Source of the DNA: Eukaryota sp. GEM-RC1
Taxonomy: Eukaryota
NCBI GenBank assembly: GCA_040285855.1
Contig: JAUFOQ010000002.1
Span: 1,550,001 to 1,614,000 of the forward strand
Direction: 5' to 3'
Length of the DNA stretch: 64,000 bases
Under the pieces are notes generated by a model, which saw only the letters and a program-made list of their open reading frames with translations, was not told where the DNA came from and did not search any database. Below, one piece after another: positions 47,980-60,125 of the stretch. Position 1 is the stretch's first letter. Every line of letters starts with the position of its first letter. Both the position numbers and the translations under genes were made by a program.

Positions 47980-49144
47980 TGTTAATGGGAGATGGGAGTT
48001 TCTCCCACTCCCAACACGTGTTCTCCCACTACCACTCCCACCTCCCACTTGTCATAGGTGAGACTCCCACTCCCACTCCCACTCCCAACAAATTCTCCCA
48101 ACTCCCACCCAACTCCCATTTTTGTATCTTCTAGTACAATGACACTTTACTTTATAAACATAACAATCACTAACTCTATCTCTGATTCATGAACAACTCT
48201 CTCATCTCCCGACCTTTGAACCATGATTTCAAACAAAGGACTACTTCAATAGAATCACTACTCAAGGAAGCTCGTAACTTCGTAACAACACACCCTGCCT
48301 GAGAAAATAACTGTTCACTTGGAACTGATGAGGCTTGTGTTGTCATAAAGTTCTTAGCATACAATGTATGCGGATAGTCGTGAATACCTGTTGAAACACA
48401 ACACATTTTGTATTTTAAACCAAATTCAGTAATAATTTCTTCCACAGCATCGGCAATGTTGATGGCAGTGTGGTTTTCTTTCAGGTGCTTAAAACCGTGG
48501 ACGTACATTGTAAATGTTTAAATTCCAGTCTTCAATACAGTGAACTGTTACCCCATTAAAATGCTTGTTTGTATTCGATGTCCATCTATCAATCCTAATA
48601 GATACTTTAGAAGAATTACACACATTTTTGAATTTATCTATCAAGTATCCTTTAAATGACTCATAAACATTCAACATATCATTTCTTATCGTGGTTCTTT
48701 TTGGAATTTTGAAACTGAAAGAGAGGAAACAAATTCAATAAAATCAGGATGTTTAAACAGACCAGAGTTTTCAGGATCTTCAGATAAATCAAGCGATGAC
48801 ATTGGTTGAAATTTACAGATAAACAACCACGCTCTTTATAAAACGAAAATAAATAAAACAAAACAAAGACAGTAAAAATGTAATACACCTAGTCCTATTA
48901 ATATTCTAGAAAAATTATAACTGTATTTGTCTAGCTAGCTTGTTTCTGTTTTAAATTGAAGTTAGAGTTGTGTCTGTAAATGGGAGATGGGAGATTTTGG
49001 GAGTTCCCACCTCCCAACGGAGAGCTCCCACTCCCACTCCCACTCCCAAAAATTGCTACTGAAGCTCCCACTCCCACTCCCAAGGGTCATGGGAGATGGG
49101 AGTTGGGTGGGAGTTGGGAGAAATGGGAGAAATTGACAGCCCTA
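47980..49144 (-). mobile_element. non-autonomous hAT element, CTCCCA family, copy 3 (left TIR damaged)
   Basis: Near-identical to copies 1 and 2 but lacks the left terminal TAGGGC and has no TSD. Confidence 0.93.
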
Positions 49145-50178
49145 CAGTACTTTTCACACAAATTTTTTTTCACACAAATTTTCCCGGCAAATAAAGGTCT
49201 GCTATAACATCATGAGTTACATACTACAGCTTACATTACAATAAAGGGACCCATAGACTGTTGGAATCGACGTGAATCGACTGTTTGTCAGATTCATCAT
49301 CTCATAGGTCGTAAAAGTTGCAGAGCAGTCATTATCACATCAATGCAACATAACCACACTTTTCAGATGTCAGACTCATTGTTTAGACATACATCGATCT
49401 ACATCTTAGTGCTGTCCTTATGCTTAGTTTCTTCTCTGATCTGGCCCAAATTGTCAAGTTAGTCACACTGTGATAATCAGTTACGTTGGTGTCTAGTTAT
49501 GTAAGAAGATCTATTGATTGTCAGAGTTTATCATTCCAAATAGTCACCCGATAGCACAGAGAGATCAACAATTGATACCGTAAATGTACATCAATCTGCT
49601 ACTTATAAAATTGAGCACATGTTCCCATCCGTGTAGAGAGATAGTCCATGTATAAAAAAGATCATTGTTGGGAGAAACACAAAGATAGTGGATTTCCTCG
49701 ATCCCCAAGCAAAGAGTCAATCACATGACATCAGTATAGATGAATTGGTAACTTTTCGAACAAGAAAGTCTTTCATTTCGTGGAGATTGCCTAGTTGTTG
49801 TTCAAATTCTATCACAGAGTCGAAGTTAGAGCCTAAGCTAAGATATAACATGTTCATGATACAAAAAAGATGCTGAAAGTGTAACCAAAATCATCTACTG
49901 AAGTGTTAAAGATGCTGAAGTATGTATAGAGGTCATCAAAAGACTTTCATAGGTCGTAATATAGAGGTTTTATGTGTGTGAAAAAGGTGTGAGACAAATC
50001 ACAAAAGTGGTGAATTATGCATTACACATGAAAACACCAGTAGTTCATTGTTGAACCTTTTGCTCATCAGCTTCATCCTTGTGTTTAACATTGCTTATAA
50101 TTTTTGAGCTTCTGTTCTTACATATATCTGAATTCTGGAACAGGAGATAATTTGTATCACTCTTTAAGAACCATTGTT

Positions 50179-50469
50179 TTATGAGGATTCTCGTCTAATA
50201 ATCTCAGGGTGATCACCTTCTTCTACTTCACCCCACAAAATCTTTCCGGTTGTGTCTTCAACATCAGCTCCTAGAGGACCTGCTACTTTTCCTGGGGCCA
50301 TTCTCTCTCCCGCTGCGTAATGCCTTATTCCGCTATCGGCTGAGGGTGCATATATCGTAATATCTCCAGTTTGTTGGTCTAGTTCCGCTGCATTATTCCC
50401 CACTCTACCTCCTCCTGGGAGTATGGATCCTCTGGGATATCTCTTTTTAGAATGTGGAAGGTCTTCCAT
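50179..50469 (-). CDS. uncharacterised two-repeat protein (distant family member)
   Basis: RYPRGSILPGGGRVG...DQQTGDI and HYAAGERMAPGKVAGPLGADVEDTTGKI align to the repeats of 9457-9837. Confidence 0.7.
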   Translation of the reverse strand: MEDLPHSKKRYPRGSILPGGGRVGNNAAELDQQTGDITIYAPSADSGIRHYAAGERMAPGKVAGPLGADVEDTTGKILWGEVEEGDHPEIIRRESS

Positions 50470-51074
50470 TTGATACTTAGGACGTGATGTTCCAATATTT
50501 CTGCATTAGTAGGTTTCTTCTGTCTTCTTCTTCCTTAGTTTAAACATGGTAGTGTAGCAGCTTGTAAATCATTATTTCGATAGTACATTTTTAAGGACTG
50601 AAATACATTTAACAATTGTGAATACAGTACCTGACAATACCTTTACAGTATTTTCATCAAAAGCGGAGACATCAATCGATTCATCACATTATGAGGTGTC
50701 ACTTCACACATACAAATCAATTCGGCTAAAAAACTGTTAGAGAGAAACAAGAAAATCTGAGTCTAAAAGCAACATCCACATAGTCCAAACCCTAAACATA
50801 ATGATACTATAATTGACATAGTGTGAGTGACAATCTGTTTTGGAGTGACTATCTGGTCAACCAAGAAATAGCAACGTCCATTTTAATATAGGAATTGTTG
50901 TATGATTAACAACTCATCATGTGTCGGTTCGGTTCAATTCATAGAGCTAGTGGACTGAACTGATCTGAACTGATTAAACTACTAATAGTAGTGAAAGAGA
51001 TTAGTACGATTCATGAAGCAGATCATTTGATTTTAGAAGGCTTTATAACTATTCAGAATAAAATGTGCCATTGA

Positions 51075-51602
51075 CTACAGTACACGATCATAGGAAACCC
51101 CTCCAAAGCGTTCACCTCGCATAGCCCTTGAAACATTACTTTGAAACTGACGAAGATCCTTGGTCATACACTCCGCTGCATCCTTATTGAGAGGATCTGT
51201 AGGATTTGGTTCAATAAAAAGAAACCGCAGTCCATGAATGATGTTAGATATGGTGAGTACTGGACGGTAATCATCACGAAGGATGTTGAGGCATACGTGA
51301 CCTTCTAAATCAATGTTAGGATGATAGATTTTTTGCAGGCAACGAACTTCTGGAGGTTTGTGTGGATATTCAGCGCCAACTTTGAAAGAGAACCTGAATG
51401 TTCCATTTTTCCAATAACCATTCCGGGGAGTGTATGTAACTATAAAGTGCATGAAGTTCTTCTTCACATCAGGCCAATCCCAAGTAACATCATTGCAGTG
51501 CAGTTGGTCAAGTTCAGCAACATCTTTCTGTAAGCGAAGATAGCCTATGGTTTGTGTAGAAGCACGTTGAGTTGGAGTTTTATGTGCAATTGTAGCAAAC
51601 AT
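51075..51602 (-). CDS. UBC12: NEDD8-conjugating enzyme E2
   Basis: LRLQKDVAEL, YPHKPPEVRCLQKIYHPNIDLEGHVCLNILR, LFIEPNPTDPLNKDAA, AMRG...YDRVL. Confidence 0.95.
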   Translation of the reverse strand: MFATIAHKTPTQRASTQTIGYLRLQKDVAELDQLHCNDVTWDWPDVKKNFMHFIVTYTPRNGYWKNGTFRFSFKVGAEYPHKPPEVRCLQKIYHPNIDLEGHVCLNILRDDYRPVLTISNIIHGLRFLFIEPNPTDPLNKDAAECMTKDLRQFQSNVSRAMRGERFGGVSYDRVL

Positions 51603-51666
51603 GAGTGAATTGATGGTGAATACCAAGCCTGAAGAAAAAGAAAGTATTTCCAATTTTCTTCCCAGA

Positions 51667-53362
51667 TAGGACTGTGTAGGTTGGTTTAGGTTTCAAACCA
51701 AACCTTTTTTATCAAACATAGCAGAACCTAAACCAGGGATACCGAAAAATATATTGTATTGCAATATATATGTATTGTTCAAGGTTCTTTTTACCAATAT
51801 ATTTACATTGTATTGCAATTATGAGAATGTTGCAATATATTTCAATAAATTGCAATATATTGCAATATTTATGTTGTCATTTTCAAACAACTTTGAAGGT
51901 TCATGTAGACATTGATTAAATAGCCAACAACCTACAGTTGTTGTAACTACACTGAATTATTTCAAAACTTACTTTATTCGGTACCCAATAAGGTAACGCT
52001 CCTACCAAACTATGAAAAATGAAAACAACAACAAATATTACTAAGACTAAATCCAAACAAACTGTTTCAAAATGACATACGTGTCATCTATGAGTTGAAT
52101 TTAAGCACTTTCAGATGTCTACTCCCTCACCCAAGTGTAATTCCTTACATTGTTTACTCTTCACAATATATTTTTGTTATTCATCTACTGTATGTTCCTT
52201 CACTAGAAAATCAACTTCTGAGCCGTTATACACTGACGTGTAGATAAAATCGAATTCGACAGAAAAGTTCATACATTGTAAGCCCATCTTTATAATCAAG
52301 GAGAGAAGTAACTTCATTTGGTATATGTTTGACAAGTTCTGTATGTATCTGACCTGTAGACGACTGTTGACATTAAGTCGTATTGAACAGATAAAACAGC
52401 TACATCTTAGTTTATAGGAGCTACTATTTAGAAATGATGACCTTGAGAAGCATAAGCAACAGTACATCATCAAGAGTCAACTGATATGTGGCTTCTTTGA
52501 GTTTGAATCATAGCAAAAATCTGTACATCAGCGGAACACGGATGGATACATTAAGTGCGGACTGTTCTGTAGATCATATCTCTTGATGAATTGGAACCAA
52601 AAGTACTAAAACCAACATCGAGACCAACAGTGTGTCATATGGGAAGTTCAGGATGTATGTAGGATGAGAAGTGGTGTGAAAACACCAAAAAATGTGAGAT
52701 GGTGCTCACTAACACACAAACAGCGAAAGCCGTACAATCAAAACTTAATGCAGCAGCTGAATTTGGGAAGAATTTTGAGTTTTTAGCTATGTGCAAAATT
52801 GCAATATATTGCCATATTTATTGCAAGTTTCTGAATCTGCAATATATTTATTGCAATTAAATATTCTTGCAATACAATTGCAATATATTTTTCGGTATCC
52901 CTGACCTAAACTCAAAATGCATAAACCAAACCAAACCTAAACCATTAGTAATAAAACCAAACCAAACCAAAACCTTTAGCTTCAGAACCGTAGGAAAATG
53001 AATCACATTTAATTTCAATAACCCTCTGACTCTTACATTATATATGAACGATCTTAACGCTTCTATTGACGAGAACTCTTCTGAAATTGAAGTGATGAGT
53101 GAAGACACAGCATCTCCTGTTACCTCTGTCAGATGAAAGTATCCAATCACTTGTCAGTCTTAAGGATTGGAGACGTTTTTTTGAAAAAGAAAAGTAGCAC
53201 CACTAGTAGTTGTTTGTGATACTCGAGCATTAATAATAAAGCTTATCTAGTACTACCGTAAGAAATACTTTATTTTGACAGTGTTCCACTAAACTACAGT
53301 GTATTTTTATTTCATAATACATATCGGGTTACTAGGTTTGAACCTAAACCTGTACAGTGCTA
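51667..53362. mobile_element. older hAT-like MITE (AAACC repeats) containing 51734-52903
   Basis: Imperfect TIR TAG(G/C)ACTGT..AGGTT; TSD TTCCC(A/G)GA 7/8. Confidence 0.7.
51734..52903. mobile_element. hAT-like non-autonomous element
   Basis: TIR CAGGGATACCGAAAAATATATTG; TSD ACCTAAAC. Confidence 0.92.
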
Positions 53363-55254
53363 TTCCCGGACAGTGTCTGGAGCTAAATGTCAATAAATCA
53401 GAAAACGTAAAAATACACATCAACTGGAATTGTTCATACAAACAATTTAGAAGACATGCACTTCGATACCTTGGAATACTTCCGTAAAGTGGAAAGTCAA
53501 GTGCAAACATACGTATTACCGTCACTCATTGTTCTTCAAGTTTCCGATTTTTAGGTTGCTTTTTTGGCAAAAAAAAGGAGACAAAATCTTAAGAATTATC
53601 ATATTTCCATTCAATGCGTGGAGTTGTTTTTTTATATCTAATTTGAAATTTGAGTTTTAGCAGTTCATTTCATCTATAATTAATGTCTCGTCTATCAATT
53701 CCGAGTCCATAGAGTTCCTATTTGTATAAATGTCAAATAGTGGTGGTGGTAGCACTTGAAGGATTGGGAAAGAAAATTATTCCAACAGTCAACCCTGTCT
53801 AACATCTAACAAAGGAAGTGTTCCTTACTAGCATACTTGTAAGATACAGAAATCTGTATTTTAGGTATGTCTCAAAAGTTTTGATATAAAATACAAACTG
53901 TATTTTACAGTATTTTGCAATATGCTTGACAAGTGCTTCGTCAGCTCATTTTTGTGTATTAAAAAGACATCATGTGCCTTTGCCAGATGTCATCCTTTGG
54001 TTCACATTTTCCAGACCATTTGGTGAAGATTTCCTTGCATTTATCAAACTCATTCAGTGAAAATGCTGAACAATTTTTGTTCACCTATTCGTTTCCTCAA
54101 TTCATATCAACAATCCAGTACTTCCTGGCGTCCCCAAGGAAGTTACTTCTCGAGTAGACAAAAGAGGAAGTGGTCCATGAGGCAGATTCTGGAATCAGTG
54201 AATTAGTGGAGATCAACCTTGAACTTTTGTTGGACATCGTTGTAACCATATCCAGGAAATGAAAACGAATAGAATCTTATACTGCACAGTTATCGTTGAG
54301 TACATCTATCAGAAAATTATCAGACTGATATGTTTGTATTTTACTTTGTATTTTAGTGTATTTAAAACAGTTTATTGATGGAGGGTACACAAATACATAT
54401 CATAATAAAAAGCTATGAAACACTAGTCACCGAAAATTCCTGGTCAACAGTTCCACAGTTTTTGTACAACTTTGCGAAAATTGATTTAAAAAACTTAGGC
54501 ATCGAACGGAACAAAGAAAAAATCAATTAAAAATGCCGAATTGAAAGTAGTGTATTTTCTGTAATTTTGTATTTTTCAAATGAAAACTCATGTATTTTAC
54601 AAGTACGCTTACTAGTACTACATGTAGTAGATGTTAAATAAGGACAAGGTGTTTATGTTGTGGTTCCAAAGACATCCACAATTCTTTCCAGCGAGTAATC
54701 CTTGTTTTAACGTCTTTGCTCTTTGTTGTGGGATGTAATGATTCACTTTCCAAAATACTGTGTTTCATTCAAGTGGCTCTTTTTTTAACATCGACATTTT
54801 GCTAGCTCATTTCCTTCTAACATTAGTATATCCGTTTTTTCACCTGCTTCTGTTCCACATATGATACGCCTTTAATCTGTTTATAACTCATTAAGTATCT
54901 CTTGGGACGACATTTCGTAGTGAAGACTGGTAAAAAACTGCAACATGTTGTCTAGCATCATGGCGTTCGTTTTTTGTTCTCTGGTATAGACATATACATG
55001 TAGCAGTAAATACCACAGCATCGCGAATTTGTGGTAGTTTTGCAGTGCTTCAATTAAATATTTTAACAACCGATAGTTTTGAGGAAACAGAGCCGCGTTT
55101 TGTTGTTAAAACATATTAGGATACAGTCACATAACAGAAAGTTAGATACTTACAGCTGTTAACATATCTGTATCTGTAAGACTTCTTTAAAAAAGAAACC
55201 TGCTAACCAAATTAATTTGTAATGTGTCAACCAATAAATAAAAAAGTTACTTCA

Positions 55255-55662
55255 ATGTCATCCAGATATCCCAAAAGATCTTCTAGACAACAAGTCACTT
55301 ACCAACAACCTGAACAAGAGGAAGAAGAGTTTGAACCAGAAGAGGAGTTTGAACGTCCTGAAAGAGCTTCAAAGCCAACTGGTAGCTCCAAAGTAAAGAA
55401 CTATGGTCCAGGACAGATCTTACCAGACAGTGTTGGTGGAGGAAGAGCTCCATTAGGAGGCTGTGTCCAATTCGAAGATGGTCACTTGGAGTGTGAGGAT
55501 CCAGACAACGTGGAAGTAGAACATTACGGACATGGCCAAATTCTACCACAAAGCATAGGAGGTGGAAGAGCAGGACCTTCTGGAGTAGATGTTGATCTCA
55601 AATCGGGTAGAATTATTAGAGGGGGAGAAAATGTAAGTATATTTAATTATATATTTAAATAA
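55255..55662 (+). CDS. uncharacterised protein with two YGxGQILP...GGGRA repeats (family member 2)
   Basis: Close paralog of 9457-9837; an extra G in the run at ~55621 changes the C-terminus. Confidence 0.75.
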   Translation: MSSRYPKRSSRQQVTYQQPEQEEEEFEPEEEFERPERASKPTGSSKVKNYGPGQILPDSVGGGRAPLGGCVQFEDGHLECEDPDNVEVEHYGHGQILPQSIGGGRAGPSGVDVDLKSGRIIRGGENVSIFNYIFK

Positions 55663-55899
55663 ACATAACACTGAATTTTAATTGGTTCAGCTCAGGTATT
55701 GAAAAGTGTGAGCTGTTACGTACGATTGTGATAAACCACCAATCTGTAGACGATTGTTTGGAAAATGAAGAATGCTTTGAAATAGTTCGTCAAATACACG
55801 TGGAAAAAGAGTGTGTTGTTTAAGATTGTAAAAACTAGAAATGTATAGAACCACTCATAGTAAAACACTTTTAAAGATCAGTAAATTTGTCGTGTTCAT

Positions 55900-56830
55900 T
55901 CAGAACTCGTAGTCATTCAAAATGGAGTCTTTGTAGACTTTTGGAAAAGGGTCAACAGTAGAAGAATCAACCACAACTTGAGATGAATCTAGGAAAGGTG
56001 CAATTAGGTCACCACGACCAGAATCAAACACGTTATTGTCACTATAATGTTTCAGAAGAGGTTCAATTTTACAACTATAATTATATGTATAGGATTTAAA
56101 CATTCTATTCTTGGTCCCCTTGACTTGTTAAAAAGGACACTGTGGAATTTGCTGATATTTATGAAACAGTAGGTTTATCACTGAACCCAGACAAATGTTT
56201 ACTAATTGGTAGATCTACAGAAGAATTATTTATTAATGGAGTTCAGATTCCATTTATTATTAAGTTGAAGACGCTTTTCGGTTTCTAGGCTATTGGCTTG
56301 GGAATGTTCCTAAAATTATCAAGAATTATCTAATTGTTTGGAAATAATTGGTTCAGAACTCAATACAATTTCTTCATATGATATTGAAAAAAATATTATG
56401 TTTTTTATTTTAACAATTTGCTAGTCCGGAAAAATCACACATCTTTTGAGATCTACTGCTCCTTCAATCGCTCTGAATTTTTGTAGATCTTTTAACGAGT
56501 TGAGGATAATGTTTTTTTATTCATTGTTAGAAGTTGATTCAACGTTTCTTAGAAGTCACGTGTTTACTTCTGCTTATTTTGGTGGCATTGGTTTTTACCA
56601 AATCGTTCTTTAAAAATAGGCTATTTTCGGGGGCGGAAAAATTTCATTTTTGAATTTGTCTTAATGATGTTTCACTTGTTAACCCCAATTCATGTAAGAT
56701 TTATTTGACTTAAACGAAGCGTTGATCAAATTACATTTTGATGTTTGGTCTCAATATTTCCCAGTGTCGGTGTCTGAAATACCTGAAAGATGTTTGAATA
56801 ATCTTCAGTTTTGTCTGAAAAACAATTTCT
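55900..56830. mobile_element. rearranged CRE-like non-LTR remnants (endonuclease fragment on -, RT C-terminal fragment on +)
   Basis: GRGDLIAP...VVVDSSTVDP (-); VGLSLNPDKC...FRFLGYWLG...FGGIGF (+). Confidence 0.6.
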
Positions 56831-57133
56831 TGTAACTAACAACATGACGAAATGTGGCTGTAGAACTGTTATTGCAAACACACATTGAATTATTTAGAAT
56901 TATAATATCTATCTATATTAGATATATTTTTGTCATAGACCACGTTTAATTAAATTGCCGCAAATTAATAGTAGTGTCTTTTATATTAGATACATTAATT
57001 AACACCCCTGTGTCAGGACACACCATGGTGCAACCAGTATCGGGTTACAGTTATACAAGCGCAGAAGAGTTATCGATCACAAACCCAAAAGTACTGTCGA
57101 AACAGGTGAACCAATTTTCTTTGCTGTCTCAAA

Positions 57134-57499
57134 ATGGCTTCTCGTTGGACTGAACAATCTTCTGAAGACTTACCTCCCTCCTCTGACTCTGATTCTGTAG
57201 AAGAATCCCCTGTACAACATACTCAATCTGATGACAAGGAAACATCTTCCACTACTCTTTCTTCGGACTCGCCAACGACAGAACAACCCGCCGTTGCTGT
57301 AACATATCCTATAACAGAACTTTCAGTTGAAGAACAAGTTTGTTTATTACAACTGTTCTAATTTCAGGAAGCTGCTTTACAAAAAGCCGAAGAAGAAGCC
57401 CGAACTAAGTTCGGTAATCTAAGTACAAACGTAGCCGCGTTTCAACGAAGGAAACTTCGAAAGCGCTTTGATTCTGCTGATTTCTTTAAGCAGAAATAG
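57134..57499 (+). CDS. ENSA: endosulfine/ARPP-19 family PP2A inhibitor; one 30-nt intron at 57338-57367
   Basis: After removing GTTTGT...CTAATTTCAG: EEEARTKFGNL...RKRFDSADF, the FDS(G/A)D(Y/W/F) Greatwall site. Confidence 0.8.
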
Positions 57500-57846
57500 T
57501 TTGTGTTAGCCTTGTTTATACATCTTAAATAGATTTAGTCTGTGCTTAATAAGTATGTTCATCATATTTGAACATTACACCGGCATTTGCTCAACATGTA
57601 TTATTGAACTGCCTCTAATATCATACAATATGAACACTATTTCCATCATAACGCTACTCATTTGGGGATGTCTTTGTGGAAACTTGTACATGTACAATAT
57701 TTTCGACTACAATGTTCAAAAACACATCCAACCGTCTGAACAAATCGACTGGCATTGTTGTGCAGTTATAAATGATTCAAGTTTAGAGAGTACAGTTTAG
57801 GCATTAACAGTCTAGGTAGAAGTCGCTTTTTTCTCCAATAAACTGA

Positions 57847-58226
57847 ATGTCAGATCAACCTTCTGATTCTGAAACACAAAACATACCCCAGACCGAACCA
57901 CCCACTTCTTCCCTTACTTCATCGGTCCGCCTTGAGGCTGAACAAAAGTACGAAATAGGGCTGAAAAATTCGGCAAGGAGCTATCAACCGATGAATTTGA
58001 ACGTGCTGTTGCCAGGGAAGTCATTATTATCCGTGCCCGAAAGTTTGGTGTAGAGCCAGACTTTTCTGTCTTGGAAAAAACCAAAAAGACGAAGCCTCAG
58101 AATCGAAAGCGCCAGGCTTCTTCTTCTAAATCTCCCAAGACCAAGACATCTACATCCATCAAGTTTGTTCCAGCCGTGGATGCAGACAAACTCCAAAAAC
58201 GTCGGGAACGTTTTGGACCTACGTAG
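57847..58226 (+). CDS. Tho1/SARNP/MOS11-like protein (no SAP domain seen); one apparent indel at the A-run ~57945
   Basis: Shifted frame gives three motifs RAEKFG, RARKFG, KLQKRRERFG. Confidence 0.7.
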
Positions 58227-58999
58227 TTGGCTATTGTATTTTATTCCCTTTTGTGTTGTAACAATGGTACTTGTTGTATCATTTTCTTTATAAATCAATC
58301 TGTATCAGAGGATAAGGTCAGAAATACTAGTATATAACAACAGTCAATTTAAAATCTTTGCAACACAACACTGCCTACCGATATTGCCTGATCAAAGCAG
58401 TACAGTTCTTACACAACTTGGAGATAATTGACTTAATAATCTATACTGTTAATAACAAGAGAAGCAGTAGATCGGCAGTCGCTATATTGAGTTTCACGCT
58501 ATAAACAGTTTTGACTGTGTAAGTAGATTCAAAATCAATTGAAATCTGAGAATGTAATTCTCCATTTGTACTTCCACATACATATGTATATATATGTATA
58601 TACTAATCAGAATTAAAACAATTCGAATTTCGAATGTACCAAATTTTGTTTGAGTTTTGCAAAGTCATTGTAACATAAATTAATTCGTTCCTCGGCTGAC
58701 TATTTCATTTGATGTACATACATACATAACCAAGCAACTTTTGATGGAATCGCCAATGCAAGATTTATTGAAATGAATTCAAAAGAGTATCAAGTAAATT
58801 ACTTAAATGGTTCTCGTTCAGTTTAATTTACCTTGATTCAGAATTCACTCAAGTAAACACAGACAATTACTCGATCGTAAAACAACACATGACAAAACCT
58901 GACACACAAAGTAGAAAATGAAAGCCAACAAACAAACAGAGAGCTCCACAACTAGAACCAATTAAGGATAACAAATTCAACACGGATCCATATCAAACA

Positions 59000-59575
59000 T
59001 TAACTAAAAGCCGGAGTATACAGAACACGTAGTCCAGTGAAACGATCCTCAATAGCTTTAATTACAGAAAAGATGTCATTTCCCAAGTTACACCTATTCA
59101 ACATATCAGCAAGAACCCCACAACGATGTGCTCCTGCTTCAGCATCCGCATGAGTGTCTGGAACTTCAAGATTAATCACATGTACAAGTTTCATTGAAGG
59201 TGTTTCTGAGTAGAGGTAAAAGTCTAATACTTGGTCAAAAACTCGTTGTTCAAAAGTAAATACAACATCAAAATCATGAGTTGCCTCTTGAAATCGTTCT
59301 GGATGAGGTTTAAGGTCTGCATTCCTTTTCAGCATTTGCAAGACCCCATTAGAAGAATAGAGGTGTTCGTCTTTGTTCTTAAGATCTTCGAACATGGCTG
59401 AATATGTCATGGAAAAAGGATAAACGTTGGGTGTATCTAAAGAAGGTCCAGGTAATCTAACATGTGTTCCGGTACCAAAAGATCGAACATCTAAATTTCT
59501 TGATTGAAGTACCAGATGAGCAGACATGGATCTGTTTTGATTCGATGAACAAACAACAGCGAACTTAAATCCCAT
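59000..59575 (-). CDS. SSU72: RNA polymerase II CTD phosphatase Ssu72
   Basis: VVCSSNQNRSMSAH catalytic loop, SFGTG..VRLPG, PERFQ, FDVVFTFE.RVFD. Confidence 0.96.
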   Translation of the reverse strand: MGFKFAVVCSSNQNRSMSAHLVLQSRNLDVRSFGTGTHVRLPGPSLDTPNVYPFSMTYSAMFEDLKNKDEHLYSSNGVLQMLKRNADLKPHPERFQEATHDFDVVFTFEQRVFDQVLDFYLYSETPSMKLVHVINLEVPDTHADAEAGAHRCGVLADMLNRCNLGNDIFSVIKAIEDRFTGLRVLYTPAFS

Positions 59576-60125
59576 ATTAAATGAATAGAAGTGATGAGAT
59601 GAGTGTTTGGGTTATGTGTCTAGGTAGAAATTTGTTGAATTGTCAACAGCTTCTAGTTGAGCCACATACATGTAATTCCAAACTTGCTTGGCTTTGCCTT
59701 GAGTCATTTGAGTAAGTCAGACAAGTCGATTTTTTCCGACTTGAATAAAAAAATAATTTTGAATTAATGTTTTTATTATAGCAACTCATCAAAAACTACT
59801 GTTTTAAAAACTTCCTCACAAATGATTAATTTCCAGATTTCTTGAAAAGACACTGTCTAAATCTGGTCATAGGAAACGCAATTGACCAAAGAAAAAGAAT
59901 TATAACTGACTAACAGAGAATCTAATGGTGAGTCAGCATGGAGAAAAAACAGTACATGTAACACTCCACATTTGAAAAACAGACCTAATATCTCCAATTA
60001 AAAAGAAACACAGATACTAAAGAATACACAATGCCAAGTAACAACACCAACCGTGTTTTAACAGAAAGTTGGAATGTTCCTTTTTTAAAAAAAACATGTC
60101 CACACAATACAACAGAAACAAAAAA

